From: Octopus vulgaris
Taxonomy: Eukaryota
DNA length: 64,000 bases
Direction of reading: 5' to 3'
Assembly: GCA_951406725.2 (NCBI GenBank)
Contig: OX597819.1
Coordinates: forward strand, 85,622,001 to 85,686,000
Under the pieces are notes generated by a model. It was not told where the DNA came from. It worked only from the letters and a program-made list of their open reading frames with translations, and searched no databases. The translations under genes and the position numbers were made by a program. Shown here in pieces: positions 27,612 through 40,933 of the stretch. Numbering within the stretch: position 1 is the stretch's first letter; every line of letters starts with the position of its first letter.

Positions 27612-28757
27612 TACATACACACACATATACACATATATGCATAGATACATAGGTACATGGATACATTCATACATACACACATAAACATATACATACATAA
27701 ATATGTATATGTTTGTATGCATGTATGTATGTATGTATATATGTATTTTGTATGTAAATATCGCTTACTCAAATAAGCAAGGACATATTGCAAATAAGTT
27801 GGCTGACACTTCAAGTTTCACCTATCGACTGATTGAATAAATCGATAGTCGAAACTGAAAGTCCCAATCAACTTGATTTTCAGAATAAATTCGAGTCTAC
27901 TCTCAATATACTGTCACTCACTCGTCAATGTTTTTTAAAATTTTGTTATTAAGAAAATTCGTTGAAAATATTAACTTAATTATAACACACACACGCACAT
28001 ACACACACACAGGTACACACATAACATACATACACACGCACGTTACACTACACACGAACACACAAGCTCACGCACATATACATATATATGTAAATAAATA
28101 AATATATATATAGAGAGAGGGAGAGGAAAAGAAAGATAGATAGATTGATAGATAGATACATAGGTAGACAGGTAGATAGACAGGAAAAATAAACTAATAT
28201 ATTGATAGATGGATAGTTATACAAAAAAGGCAAAAAAACACCTGAATATTATTCTGTCAAAGTGATATATATATTTCCCACAAGAACGTGAAATTATACG
28301 AACACGTGCCTACACATATTTGTTTTTAAATATATACATATTTACATTGCAATTAGGATCTATTAATGGAACTGCAAACATGTGTAACGTATTTGTAGAG
28401 AATTTAAGACGATACTATGTAGTCTTACACACGTATAGCCATGCAAGCATATACATATTTACATACATGTATACATACATACATACATACATACATACAT
28501 ACATACATACATGCATAATACTAAACATACATGCATACATTTAAGTATGTCTAAACACGCAACCATATGCATGATAATATATACATAAAACAAAATGCAC
28601 AAATCTGCTCATATACATTCATGCATACACACACACACATACACACACATACACAAACACACATATGTTATGTACACATGCATAAGTTGAAACACATACC
28701 TATCGTCAGGCAGTAATATGCAGACTAACATACATGTACATACATGCATATGTAATA

Positions 28758-28835
<78 letters not shown>

Positions 28836-28870
28836 ATGTATGTATGTATACATATATATATGTAAATATA

Positions 28871-29389
28871 CAGTGACCCCTCACCGTATCGCGGTTTATT
28901 ATTTAAGTTTATACGCCGATTTCCCCGTGGTGTTGTGTTGCATGTATAATAAAATAAATAGCCTCGGGCCGACCAAAGCCTTGTGAGTGGATTTAGTAGA
29001 CGGAAACTGAAAGAAGCCCGTCGTATATATGTATAAATATGCGTGTGTGTGTTTGTGTGTCTGTGTTTGTGCCCCTAGCATGGCTTGACAACCGATGCTG
29101 GTGTGTTTACGTCCCCGTTACTTAGCGGTTCGGCAAAAGAGACCGATAGAATAAGTACTGGGCTTACAAAAGATTAAGTCCCGGGGTCGAGTTGCTCTAT
29201 TAAAGGCGGTGCTCCAGCATGGCCGCAGTCAAATGACTGAAACAAGTAAAAGAGAGTAAAAGAGTAATATGCAAATTATAAAAATAACGGAAAAAAGATA
29301 TACAGTACAGTAGTGTTCTTACTTCGTTGATTTTCGCATAACACAGGCGGTTTTGGAACGTAATAGCCTCGAGATTCAAGGGATTACTC
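28871..29389. mobile_element. Tigger/pogo-like MITE interrupted by a SINE
   Basis: TA-CAGTGACCCCTCACCGTATCGCG ... GGAACGTAA...CAAGGGATTACTC-TA. Confidence 0.65.
28960..29265 (+). mobile_element. 5'-truncated long SINE (second family)
   Basis: GCCTCGGGCCGACCAAAGCCTTGTGAGTGGATTT...GCTCCAGCATGGCCGCAGTCAAATGACTGAAACAAGTAAAAGAG. Confidence 0.85.
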
Positions 29390-29394
29390 TATGC

Positions 29395-29458
<64 letters not shown>

Positions 29459-29469
29459 TTATATATATG

Positions 29470-29533
<64 letters not shown>

Positions 29534-29942
29534 TAAATAAATACCTACCTTCCTGCCTACATATATACGTAGATACATGTAATCAAAGAAAAAACTTCGT
29601 GCTTGATTTAATCTTAATCTCACGGATGGAGTTTTATTTCTTGCCTGGAGACCGGCTTTTTCGTTAATGGAGACAACGTTTGAAAAATTAGACCGGATGA
29701 ATATACGGATGAATATAAACATAAAAGTCCGTACGCTTGTCGAGATGCACATCGCTAAAAAAACTCCTTGAATGCATGTATTTTATGTGAGTATATATAT
29801 ATATTTCTATACATGTGAGTATATACATAAACACACATATATATATATGTGTGTATAATATTTATATATATAATATATACATATATATATATAATATATG
29901 TGTATATAATATATATATTATGTTTATACATACACACACACA

Positions 29943-30211
<269 letters not shown>

Positions 30212-30880
30212 ATATATATATATATACACACATACATACCTACATTGATATATGGTTATATATACATACAATCATATAAATCCACACGCTCATATACATA
30301 CATGCACACACATATACAAGCGTCCACGAATTATTGAAGCCGATCCACTGGCCTGCTATGCTTGAGTTGCTACACCGTACGAAGATATCCACAGAAAATC
30401 AGACTGGACTCATATACATGCATACGTATATACATTCTATCTATAATATTTTCTTTTTTTTTTATAATTCAGCTGCATCCGTCACTGGACTCCAGCCATG
30501 CCGGGGCCCTGCCTCGACAGGTTGAGTCAGTACTTGTTCTAGCCGTCTCTTTTCGCCAAACACCTAATTCACTGAGACGTAAACGAATCAAAATCTGTTG
30601 TTAAGCGATGGCGGGGGATTAATACAGACACAAAAACACACATACATACATATACATACACACACATATATACACTCACATATCTATCTATCTATCTATC
30701 TATATATATATATATATATATGTCAATATATATATGTGAGAATATATATATATATATGCGTATATATATATATATATATATCTTTCAACTTCTATTCTTT
30801 CAACATGTGATCTCTTGAGCACCACCAGCAAAAACATTTTTTCCCCTGTCTTCCCTTCTCGGGAACTTTCCTTCTCTTTT

Positions 30881-30915
30881 GTTTCCGACGAAGAGCTCCG
30901 CTCGAAACGTTGAAC
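30881..30915 (+). ncRNA. Minimal hammerhead-like motif with CCGACGA core, in a pLTR-like fragment (~30805-31012)
   Basis: GUUU-CCGACGA-A-GAGC-UCC-GCUC-GAAAC-GUU-GAAC, with palindromic ACGU stem III. Confidence 0.6.
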
Positions 30916-31008
30916 CCTCCTTCCCTTCTTTCCTGAGCGTCAAATAATACTTTAATTGTTCCACGTCCTCGCGTTGCTGTATTTTTTTCTGTGTTTTCTT
31001 GTTTGGAT

Positions 31009-31073
<65 letters not shown>

Positions 31074-31172
31074 AACTTATAAGTTGTTAATAATTTTCAT
31101 AATTAAAAAGTATTTTTTAATATGCTGGCCACTGATAAAAGTTTTTGAAAATGTTATCCTATATTAGATGTG

Positions 31173-31230
<58 letters not shown>

Positions 31231-31417
31231 CATATATATATATATATGAGCTTTTTATCGCACATCCACGTTTGCCCCTGTATATATGTATGTATATGTC
31301 AATTTGTGTCTATGCATATATATTATCATGTCTTATACATATCTTATAAAAGCATAATGTAATAATATATATCATAAATGTTTATCAAAATACACAGGCA
31401 TGCAGACACACACACGG

Positions 31418-31462
<45 letters not shown>

Positions 31463-31479
31463 CATAATACATGCATACA

Positions 31480-31525
<46 letters not shown>

Positions 31526-32241
31526 CGTACATACATTCATACATATATGCATATATGTATGTATGTACACACACACACACACATACACTTATATATATTT
31601 CTATGTAAACGCTCTTGACTTATATTTGCTCAGTTGATCCCTTGTCCTGTATATTTTTGATGACCACATGCATCCCCAATCCATTAGATGAATACTATCA
31701 GTTGTACCTACTTTTCTGGGATTTAGCTTCTGTGTATTACTGAGTATTGTACGGTGTAAAGTGTTTCTGCTGAAAATTCACATTACGATCGTGTTTGCAA
31801 TACCTTCCTTTTGGGTTTCAGATTACCCCAAAATTGTATATCAACAAATAAAATGATCTGTTTGGAGCAAATATTTCCATGAAATGAATACGCGTGTTTT
31901 TTCTGTTTTTCTTTTTTTTTTTTGGTTTTTACATTCACAATAATAATTCTTACATGATCCATTTGTTTCTTTTCACAAAATGCTTTTTGTTTTACTTTCC
32001 TCGCCAATTTTGGTCGGTTGGACCATGTTCACGTTGAAAACTATATTCTAAATTTCTTTCGGTTCGCCTGGTAAATGTGCCCGCACTCTGGCTTTGAGCG
32101 TGGACTTTTCGTGTGTGTGGCGTGTGGTTACAGCCTATATCACAAGTTCCCTTGTCACAAATCAATATACAACACATACACACACCACAAGGTCATCTCA
32201 TCAACACTCTCACAGAAGAGGATTGGCAGTTATAAGGATGA

Positions 32242-32247
<6 letters not shown>

Positions 32248-32300
<53 letters not shown>
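32248..32300. repeat. (GA)n microsatellite
   Basis: Perfect dinucleotide tract. Confidence 0.97.
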
Positions 32301-32305
<5 letters not shown>

Positions 32306-32569
32306 GAGATAGATAGAAGAGAGATAGAGAGAGAAAGAGAGGCATTAAAAGACAGGTAGCTGAGGGGAGAGAGAGCGAAACAAAAACCAACTTCAGCAAT
32401 TTAGTTATACCCTATTGTGAAAAGTAAAATTGAGTCTAATCTCAAGTAAATATTATATATATAGACACACATATATATATGATATATGATACATATATTC
32501 TCATACACATACACACATGCATACACACATGCATACACACTCATACATACATATACATACATACATACG

Positions 32570-32620
<51 letters not shown>

Positions 32621-32670
32621 CTAAATGAAATAGATATAATGGGATTATATACATCTATTTATTTATAATA

Positions 32671-32793
32671 GGCTTACAGCTGTTTCAGATAAGCATTTGG
32701 GTGCGTTTATGGTTCGGTTGCATCAAACAATCGATTGATCTCCTGAAAATATAGGGAACGACCAACGACCAACGCGATATTTTCGTCAGAGTC
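32671..32793 (-). ncRNA. Type I hammerhead ribozyme motif with long stem II (partly decayed)
   Basis: GACU-CUGACGA-[~95 nt]-GAAAC-AGCU-GUA-AGCC. Stem III is the perfect palindrome ACAGCUGU. AATAAA and a (TA)n tract follow. Confidence 0.6.
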
Positions 32794-32951
32794 AAAATAA
32801 ATCAGCTACCAAAGAAAGTTATATAAGCTCAAACCGAAGGGATGAACCAGGACCCTGACGCTTGGTCCGGTGGTTGCGGTGTTGTATTCAGTATGCAATA
32901 TAGTAGTTTCGCTCCCTACACCGGTTGTACATTGTGATCTTGAGGAAAGTA

Positions 32952-33508
32952 TTGGGTTGTCCGGAAAAGTTTATGCCGATTTTTAAAGAAAAGAAAAGGT
33001 CAATAAATACTTGCCATTACATTTTTAATCAACCAAATATAAACCATTTTGTTGCACAATGCGTCACTTTAACTTGAAAATACCCTCTTCCCAGAATTGA
33101 GGTGGTTTCATGGCAAAGAATTCATCAAGGTATCTTTTTATATCATCCAAGGAATTGAAATTTTTATCATTAAGACTATTCTGCAGAGGCCTGAATATGT
33201 GGAAATCCGAAGGAGCAATATCTGGTGAATATGGAGGGTGGGGGTAACACATCCCAGCTGAGCTGCAGCAATTTTTGTCTGGTTTCCAAAGCATCAAGTG
33301 CCGAAAATGAACTCTCTTACCTTCCAATTCAAAGGGTTACAGAATTAACACAGGTTATAGGAACTTAAACCATTTCCATGAAAAGATAGCTTAACCTGTG
33401 CTCAAAATGGCGGTGTAGTCAAATCCTATTTTATGGACTCAACCATGTTCTAAAATAATTCGAAACGTAAGCTGCTATAAATCGGCATGAACTTTCCGGA
33501 CAGCCCAA
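32952..33508 (-). mobile_element. Internally deleted mariner element, copy 2
   Basis: Same TIRs, TA TSD and deletion junction as 22196-22769; encodes HPPYSPDIAPSDFHIF. Confidence 0.93.
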
Positions 33509-33895
33509 TACTTTAATTCACATTGTTTCAGTCGACACAGGGTGAGAAGATGGCTCAAGATGATCACTCATACGGGTTCTTGTTACCCACGTTTTCTAAT
33601 GAGTGATCGCAGGGATGATTAGAACAATCCGTATTGTGAATCCCGACAAGTTGGGATTTGTTGTTGAACCACTTCAAAAATGACGAGTTCGACTCTCTGC
33701 TAATCGTCGAATGAAGAAAACATTAAAAACCAGTCAAAATGCTTTCCATAAAACTATACAAAAAGTTCACTGCTTTCAGTATTCAGTCTCCCCACAAGGA
33801 AATGTTTCGTTCTTTTGAAATTTCTTGAAAATATCGCTCCCAAACAGGTATATATATTCAACAGTATCAGTGCCAAGCAGTGTGTAGTCCTAAGT

Positions 33896-34104
33896 GAACT
33901 TTAGGTTAGTTAAAATATGTTTGTGACATATTTCAAATTCTAAAGGCAAATTCACAGTAGTTATCTGGAAGAAAAAGAAATCTCTCCTATGGTAAAAGAG
34001 AAATTTATACCTACGTGAGAATTTTTCTCTCCAAGATAACTGCCGTGAATTTGCCTTTAGAAGTTGATATATGTCACAAACATATTTTAACTAACCTAAA
34101 GTTC
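33896..34104. repeat. Imperfect inverted repeat (~80-bp arms) abutting (TA)n
   Basis: GAACTTTAGGTTAGTTAAAATATGTTTGTGACATAT... / ...ATATGTCACAAACATATTTTAACTAACCTAAAGTTC. Confidence 0.9.
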
Positions 34105-34178
<74 letters not shown>

Positions 34179-34331
34179 GTATATGTATGTATATATGTTT
34201 ATGTATGTATATATATGTACGTATATATGTATATGTATGTATATATGTTTATGTATGTATATATGTATGTGTATGTATATATATATATGTATACATATAT
34301 ATATTTTCATATATATATATATATGTGTGTG

Positions 34332-34362
<31 letters not shown>

Positions 34363-34529
34363 CTGTGTGCGTGGGTATGCTTGGGAGGATTTAATATATA
34401 TATATATATATAAAACTATTGCATATATATGTATACACACATATGCATAAATACACACATATATAAACTCTCCTATATATATTTATGTAAAACTCTCCCA
34501 TATTTATTATTTCTTTATTGCCCAGACAA

Positions 34530-34705
34530 AGGGATTAAGTCGATTACATGGAACCCGGTGCTTAACTGGTACTTAATTTATCGACCCCGAAAGGATGAAA
34601 GGCAAAGTCAACCTCGGCGGAATTTGAACTCAGAACGTAACGGCAGACGAAATACCGTTAAGCATTTCTCCCAGCGTGCCAACGTTTCGGCCGGCTCGCC
34701 GCCTT
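34530..34705 (-). mobile_element. Deu/Nin-like SINE
   Basis: TTATCGACCCCGAAAGGATGAAAGGCAAAGTCAACCTCGGCGGAATTTGAACTCAGAAC. Confidence 0.85.
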
Positions 34706-34828
34706 AAAACTCTCCGATATTTATGCATACACACAAACGCACACACACACACATACACACATATACACAAACATACACACACATACACACATATACACAA
34801 ACATACACACACATACACACACACACAC

Positions 34829-34953
<125 letters not shown>

Positions 34954-35015
34954 CATATATATAGACCATTAGCTTCTACACGCATTTTTTTCTCTCCTTG
35001 TTTCTTTTCTGTGTA

Positions 35016-35053
35016 TCTTTCTGTGGAAGAGCGTAGGCTCGAAACGTAAAAGA
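35016..35053 (+). ncRNA. Minimal hammerhead-like motif with CUGUGGA core, in a pLTR-like fragment (~34965-35150)
   Basis: UCUUU-CUGUGGA-A-GAGC-GUAG-GCUC-GAAAC-GUA-AAAGA, with a perfect 5-bp stem I. Confidence 0.6.
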
Positions 35054-37879
35054 CTTGTTCTATTTCTATTCCTGAGTGCCATACTAATACATTTGTTTGT
35101 TTGTACTCCACCTGCCTTCGTCTTTTGTTTATTTTCGTAAACCTTCCCGTTATATTGAGACGATAGTGATTTAGCAATTCCATTATTTAGGTTTTTAAGT
35201 GTTCCATACAAACTATCGATCCAGGCAAATGTACCGTTTGTGAGATTGGCCCCTCTGTCACAGAATATTAAAGCAAACAAACAATGCTATGAAGATTAGC
35301 TTTTACATTAAGCAGGTATTGCATTAAACAGTTACGATCGTTTCGATATGGAATGAAATTGTTATATCAAGTAAAAAGTAGTGGTATACAAATCAAAAAA
35401 TTGTGAAAACCCATACAGTATTCAATGAAAACGCCACTAATTATTTCTTCAGTTTTGTTATTAGGGTAATACTAGTATGTGTAGCTGAAGCTTTTTATTC
35501 AATATAATGAGAAATAGATGGGCTATAAGACCAGAGTAATAAATCCATTAGCAAGTTGTAACGCTATCAGAGATACACGAAAGTTGAAGAACTATGAGGA
35601 CAAAGAGTCCCATTAATAATTTCTCTTCGTTTGAAATAGTGTGAACAGCAAGGAATACTAACGCTGATAGGTCAAGAAACTAAGAGACGGAATCTCTACA
35701 TATATGATAGTGGATAGTTAAGAAGTTAACAGATAAAATTAAAATGTTCAAAGAGATCACATTTTACTATAATATAGTTAAAAATACCATTAATAGGAAG
35801 GAGACAAATATAACTAGAAAATCGAGATAAAGACTATACTTAAAACGATAAGAACTAGGAACTAGGCTAATAGCCCAGAATAAATCTATATATGGTTGCC
35901 ACAAGAATTATGGTTGCATATTATTAGATTATTTATAGTTGAATTTAAATATATTCATTAGTTAAGAAATAAACGATTAGTTATTTATGAAATAATGGTA
36001 GCAGAAAGTATTAATATATAGTTGACATTATATGATATATAGCCACCTATCATAAAGATAAAATAACACAAAGATTAAAAAGGATCCTTTTAAAACTATT
36101 CAAATTAAGTTAGGTAAAGAAGATTTTAAAGAGAATTGTATTGAATTCCAACCAATTTAATAATTTTATTGAATTGGTTGGAACAATAATTCATCACGCT
36201 TATTAATTATACCACACTTACAACTAAGAATTTCTAGTGCCTTCATAGAACACAAATTAAAGTTATCTCAGGTCATTTGTTTGAAAGTGCAATGCCTATT
36301 TATGAACACAAAATTGAATACACAATATTTGTCTTTTTCAGATCCCAGATATTTCAGCTAGTGTATACTAAATTCTTTTCTTTCATTAATGAAGGAATCT
36401 ATATGATTATGCAATCTAAATTTGAATTTCGATGCCCGCGCAGCAATAATGTAATTTATCAAGTATTTTGTCAGAAAATTTATCAAGTTAATTCGCTTCA
36501 AGACATTGGTTGTTTAAAGAGCACCTTTATTGATGCATACAGGTACGCATGCTGTTACGCATACAACTGTATGCGTAACTATACAGTTACGCATGTTGTT
36601 AAGTTTATAATCGGAAGAGACATTGATTATTATATAACTATTATTTTTACTGCTGGGTGAGAGCCCTAATTTAGTAGTATTATTTATATCAGAGAGAAAC
36701 ATATTATTTACAGAAGACTTAGAGTCGTATTGACTACATGAATAATTGATGGAAAATTCCCTGTTATTGATACAGTGTGAATGTTTCTTAATTGCAGTTA
36801 CATTATCGGCTAGTTTAGGTGTGGCATAATACGAACATTTTACAGTGTGTTTATTAAAGATTTCACGAAACTTACTTGGAAAGAGAAATGCTTCTTCAAA
36901 TCACCAAAGAAAATTTCAGGAAAATCGAGGCAACATTAATGTCGAAATTGGGGGGAGGTTGGTTTAAATCATGTAATATTTCTCTTACATAACGTATTTC
37001 TACAAGTTGTATAGTTGTTGTGAGAAGTGTGGGTAATTCTAAATTTAATGCACTTCTACTCTAATGAGAAATGTAGTGAATATCATCAGAGTCAGTTTTG
37101 TCATGATATCTAATCTGTCAGCTTCTGCAAGATCGAGGCATATTTTTCAAGACATCCAGATTTGGCAACTTCGAGGGAAGTTCCAGAAAGTTTTAGACAG
37201 TCTGTATCATCAAGTTGAGACTTATTTCCGTTATTTCCTACTTAAATTATTTTATATGTAACTTATCATTCATTTCTTAACTAATGAATATATTTAAATT
37301 CAACTGTAAATGATCAAACAATATCCAGTCATAATTCTTGTGGTAACTATATACACTTATTCCGAACAATTATTCTAATTCCAACTACTCATCTTTTAAA
37401 GTATTGATTTTATCTCGATTTTCTGTTTATAGTTGTCTTCCTCCTATCAATGGCACTTCTGACAATTTTGTAGTAAAATGTCATTTCGTTGAACATTACA
37501 ATTTTATACGTTAACCTCTTAACTCTCGAATATTATATGCACATAAGATAAATCTTAGTTCCCTGACCAATAAAAGTTAGTAGTTATACCTGTGCACATT
37601 ATTTCAGACGAAGGGAAATTAACAAGACACTTAATTTTCGACATGCTAATTGAGTTATTGCTCTGTTCATCTAGCCACTACCTTTCTCATATTTATTAAA
37701 AAATTCAGCTACGTATTCTGATGTTACCAGTATAACTAACCTGGAAAGATAATTAGTGGCACTTTCATTGAATATTGTATGGAATATTGTATGAATATTG
37801 TATTTTCATAATTTCTTATTTGAATACCACATGCTACTTAATATAAAAATTCCATCGTCTTCATTCATTTCTTTGGTTA

Positions 37880-37932
<53 letters not shown>

Positions 37933-38077
37933 AAAAGCAATAAAGATTCAAGTCAATTTTAATGAATTTACTTGAATATGGTACCTAACTTACATGCACC
38001 AAAAAACTATACGGTTATAACCATACAGTAATGTGGGGTGATTATAAGCGAGAAAGAAGCAACAAGAATGGATAAGT

Positions 38078-38168
38078 TTTTAGTACAATCGTTTCATACA
38101 AAGACAGGCTTTATTAAAAGTTGCAAAAATTGCAGCATATAAACGTGTCCCGTACTCATCAGCTAAAA
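38078..38168 (-). ncRNA. Type I hammerhead ribozyme, canonical core, extended stem II
   Basis: UUUUAG-CUGAUGA-GUACGGGAC...GUCUUUGUAU-GAAAC-GAUU-GUA-CUAAAA. Perfect 6-bp stem I, and the same GAAAC-GAUU-GUA as the 14850 motif. Confidence 0.85.
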
Positions 38169-38728
38169 TACATGTGAGTTCTCTAGACATCTTAGTGGTT
38201 GAGGCTATACTCATGAAGTAATGTAGATAATTAAGTAACATAAACAGATTTCCAAAGTTCATTAAAGTTCTTTAAAGATGATGCACAGTCTTATCACAGA
38301 TTTTTAAAAAAGTTTTAATAGCATCACAGAGAAGGTGACTTAATCCATAGTGTACGTATGAATTTCCAGAGATATGAGGAGGGATTACATACTCACAGAC
38401 GACAAATTTATCCATGGCTAATCACAACTAGGTGGGTATCAATTCCTGGCAGGAATTGATACCCACCTAGTTGTGATTAGCCATGGATAAATTTGTCGTC
38501 TGTGAGTATGTAATCCCTCCTCATATCTCTGGAAATTCATACGTACACTATGGATTAAGTCACCTTCTCTGTGATGCTATTAAAACTTTTTTAAAATCTG
38601 TGATAAGACTGTGCATCATCTTTAAAGAACTTTAATGAACTTTGGAAATCTGTTTATGTTACTTAATTATCTACATTACTTCATGAGTATAGCCTCAACC
38701 ACTAAGATGTCTAGAGAACTCACATGTA

Positions 38729-38819
38729 TTTTAGTTGATGAGTACGGGACACGTTTATATGCTGCAATTTTTGCAACTTTTAATAAAGCCTGTCTTTGTA
38801 TGAAACGATTGTACTAAAA
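38729..38819 (+). ncRNA. Hammerhead ribozyme copy with C3U core mutation (predicted impaired)
   Basis: Identical to the minus copy except CUGAUGA is UUGAUGA at 38735. Confidence 0.75.
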
Positions 38820-38849
38820 ACTTATCCATTCTTGTTGCTTCTTTCTCGC

Positions 38850-38917
<68 letters not shown>

Positions 38918-38998
38918 AAAGTTTACGAAAAAAAACAAAAGACGAAGACCGGTGGTGTACAAAACAAACAGATGTATTAGCTCAGGAGTAGAAAAAGT

Positions 38999-39034
38999 AT
39001 TTTACGTTTCGAGCCTACACTCTTCTACAGAAAG
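38999..39034 (-). ncRNA. Minimal hammerhead-like motif with CUGUAGA core, in a pLTR-like fragment (~38915-39095)
   Basis: UUU-CUGUAGA-A-GAGU-GUAG-GCUC-GAAAC-GUA-AAA; homologous to 34965-35150. Confidence 0.55.
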
Positions 39035-39124
39035 GTACACAGAAAAAACAAGGAGAGAAAAAATGTTTGTAGTGGCTAACGATCTATCATGGCGACTATA
39101 TATATATGTGTATGTATGTATACT

Positions 39125-39200
39125 GTTTTCGTCTGGGAATCGAAACCGCAATCCTAGGACCGCGAGTCCGCTGCCCTAACGACTGGACCATTGCGCCCCC
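39125..39200 (-). mobile_element. tRNA-like SINE head (third family)
   Basis: GGGGCGCAATGGTCCAGTCGTTAGGGCAGCGGACTCGCGGTCCTAGGATTGCGGTTTCGATTCCCAGAC; same family as 63857-64000. Confidence 0.75.
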
Positions 39201-39202
39201 AA

Positions 39203-39261
<59 letters not shown>

Positions 39262-39268
39262 ATGTATG

Positions 39269-39302
<34 letters not shown>

Positions 39303-39348
39303 TGTATGTATGTATGTATGTATGTATGTATGTATATATGTATGTATA

Positions 39349-40206
39349 CGTGGTCTGATCAATAAATATCTGTTTTGTTGCAACAGTAACGAAGCTAAAT
39401 CACGAAAACTGAAGCTTTGGCACAGGTTGACCTTGACCTCTTCTGTGCATGTGTCCTAAGTTTTAACGTTCTAGCTCACTTCCGCTGTTTACAACAGTGC
39501 TTAGAAAGAAAGTGTGTAGCGTGTGATCGTTGCATTGACCATGACAGAGAAAGTTGAGCAGAAAATCTGCTTGGCGATACCTGCTCTGAGATGAACGCAA
39601 GGTTTTCAAAATTTTTCATCGTTCTCGCCACAATGAAGTTAATCTTGTGTGCAACTGAATCCCGAGTGTCTTTCTGGTCAGCTGAAAGCAGTTTTTGCAC
39701 ATACTTGGCAGACACGCGTCTCATGTACAAATCTTCAGTGAAAATGGACTGAACAGAACCGTAACTTATCTGCACATCCTCTGAGAACACACGGATGGTG
39801 ATCGACGATTTCCTCTCACAGCTTCACGCACATCTGTGATGTTTTTCTCAGTTCTGCTGGTTGCGGGTCTTCAAGAACGTTCATCAATAACGACATTTTA
39901 TCGGCCATCTTGGAAACGCCTGAAACACTCGTACACTTGTGTGCGGTTCAGATACTCCTCTCCATTACTTTCTACATATTTGCGAAGGCCACTGAGCAGG
40001 AATCGTCATGATAAATTTCCCTGTCATGGTCAATGCGAGGATCACACGCTACACAGGTTCCTTCCAAGCATTACTGTAAACTGGGGATGTGAGACAGATC
40101 GTTTAAACTTAATGCGCATGCACGGCAGAGCTCAAGGTCAATTTTGCCAAGCGGTTCCACTCTTCGTTTCAGTCCGGATACTTGTTTACTTATTGATCAG
40201 ACCTCG
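39349..40206 (-). mobile_element. Mariner derivative with two 5' ends (long inverted termini) and an N-terminal transposase remnant
   Basis: TIRs CGTGGTCTGATCAATAA / TTATTGATCAGACCTCG. 39418-39552 is an imperfect reverse complement of 40016-40150. Minus strand encodes ISYGSVQSIFTEDLYMRRVSAKYVQKLL (WVPxxL-like region). Confidence 0.85.
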
Positions 40207-40530
40207 TGTATATATATATATATATATATAAAACAAATAGTGAGGGATTATCAATCCGAGCAAAATACTTCATAACCTCCCTGTTGAGCACACTAGGTTA
40301 ACAATATTACTTAGATTAGTGAAGAGCTAGTCTGGTAGGGTCCCAAGTTTTGGTTCATGTCAATTCCATCTAATCAGTGGATGTGCTTCAGATAAACTGA
40401 GTGATTGATAAGAAAGAAATAAAGGAACTGTATGTAATGACCATTATTTTAAACTTATTCCTTATATAAAAATATATGTGTGTATGTGTGTGTGTGCGTG
40501 TAAACATGAATATATGTATATGCATATATG

Positions 40531-40589
<59 letters not shown>

Positions 40590-40658
40590 GTGACCTCGTG
40601 AGTACCGCTGGCGATATTTCCCTCTGTCTTCCCTTCTCGTGATCTTTCCTTCTCCTAT

Positions 40659-40693
40659 GTTTCCGACGAAGAGCTCCGCTCGAAACGTTAAAC
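40659..40693 (+). ncRNA. Minimal hammerhead-like motif with CCGACGA core, in a pLTR-like fragment (~40590-40800)
   Basis: GUUU-CCGACGA-A-GAGC-UCC-GCUC-GAAAC-GUU-AAAC, with a 4-bp stem I. Confidence 0.6.
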
Positions 40694-40855
40694 CCTCCTT
40701 CTTCCCTTCTTTCCTAAGTGTCCAATAATACTTTATTTGTTCCACGTCCTCGCGTTGCTGTGTTTTTTTTTGTTTTTTTAGTTTTCTTGTTTGGATTAAC
40801 TTTATATGTATATATACATATATATATGTATTTATATACATATACATACATATAT

Positions 40856-40933
<78 letters not shown>

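Larger units (their letters stand above)
38048..38849. repeat. Near-perfect 802-bp palindrome (~400-bp arms, 1-nt loop) between (TA)n tracts
   Basis: Centre AATTCCTG-G-CAGGAATT (38449). The arms differ by one substitution (38162/38735) and one homopolymer indel. Confidence 0.97.

Noticed and set aside
32075-32170. ORF segment FERGLFVCVACGYSLY resembling the first CxxC motif of MsrB
   Set aside because: Similarity is limited to about 16 residues partly encoded by a TG run. The downstream MsrB motifs are absent and the ORF runs into (GA)n.
35327-35455. Minus-strand CTGAAGA ... GAAAC-GATC-GTA hammerhead-like pieces
   Set aside because: The palindromic stem III is suggestive, but stem I does not pair and stem II does not close convincingly.
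38080-38817. Two near-identical 60-aa ORFs on opposite strands
   Set aside because: A by-product of the palindrome, with no recognisable protein features.
39125-39200. Possible tRNA gene (also 63857-63925)
   Set aside because: The acceptor stem is not properly paired, and the 63857 copy continues into a SINE body. These are SINE heads.
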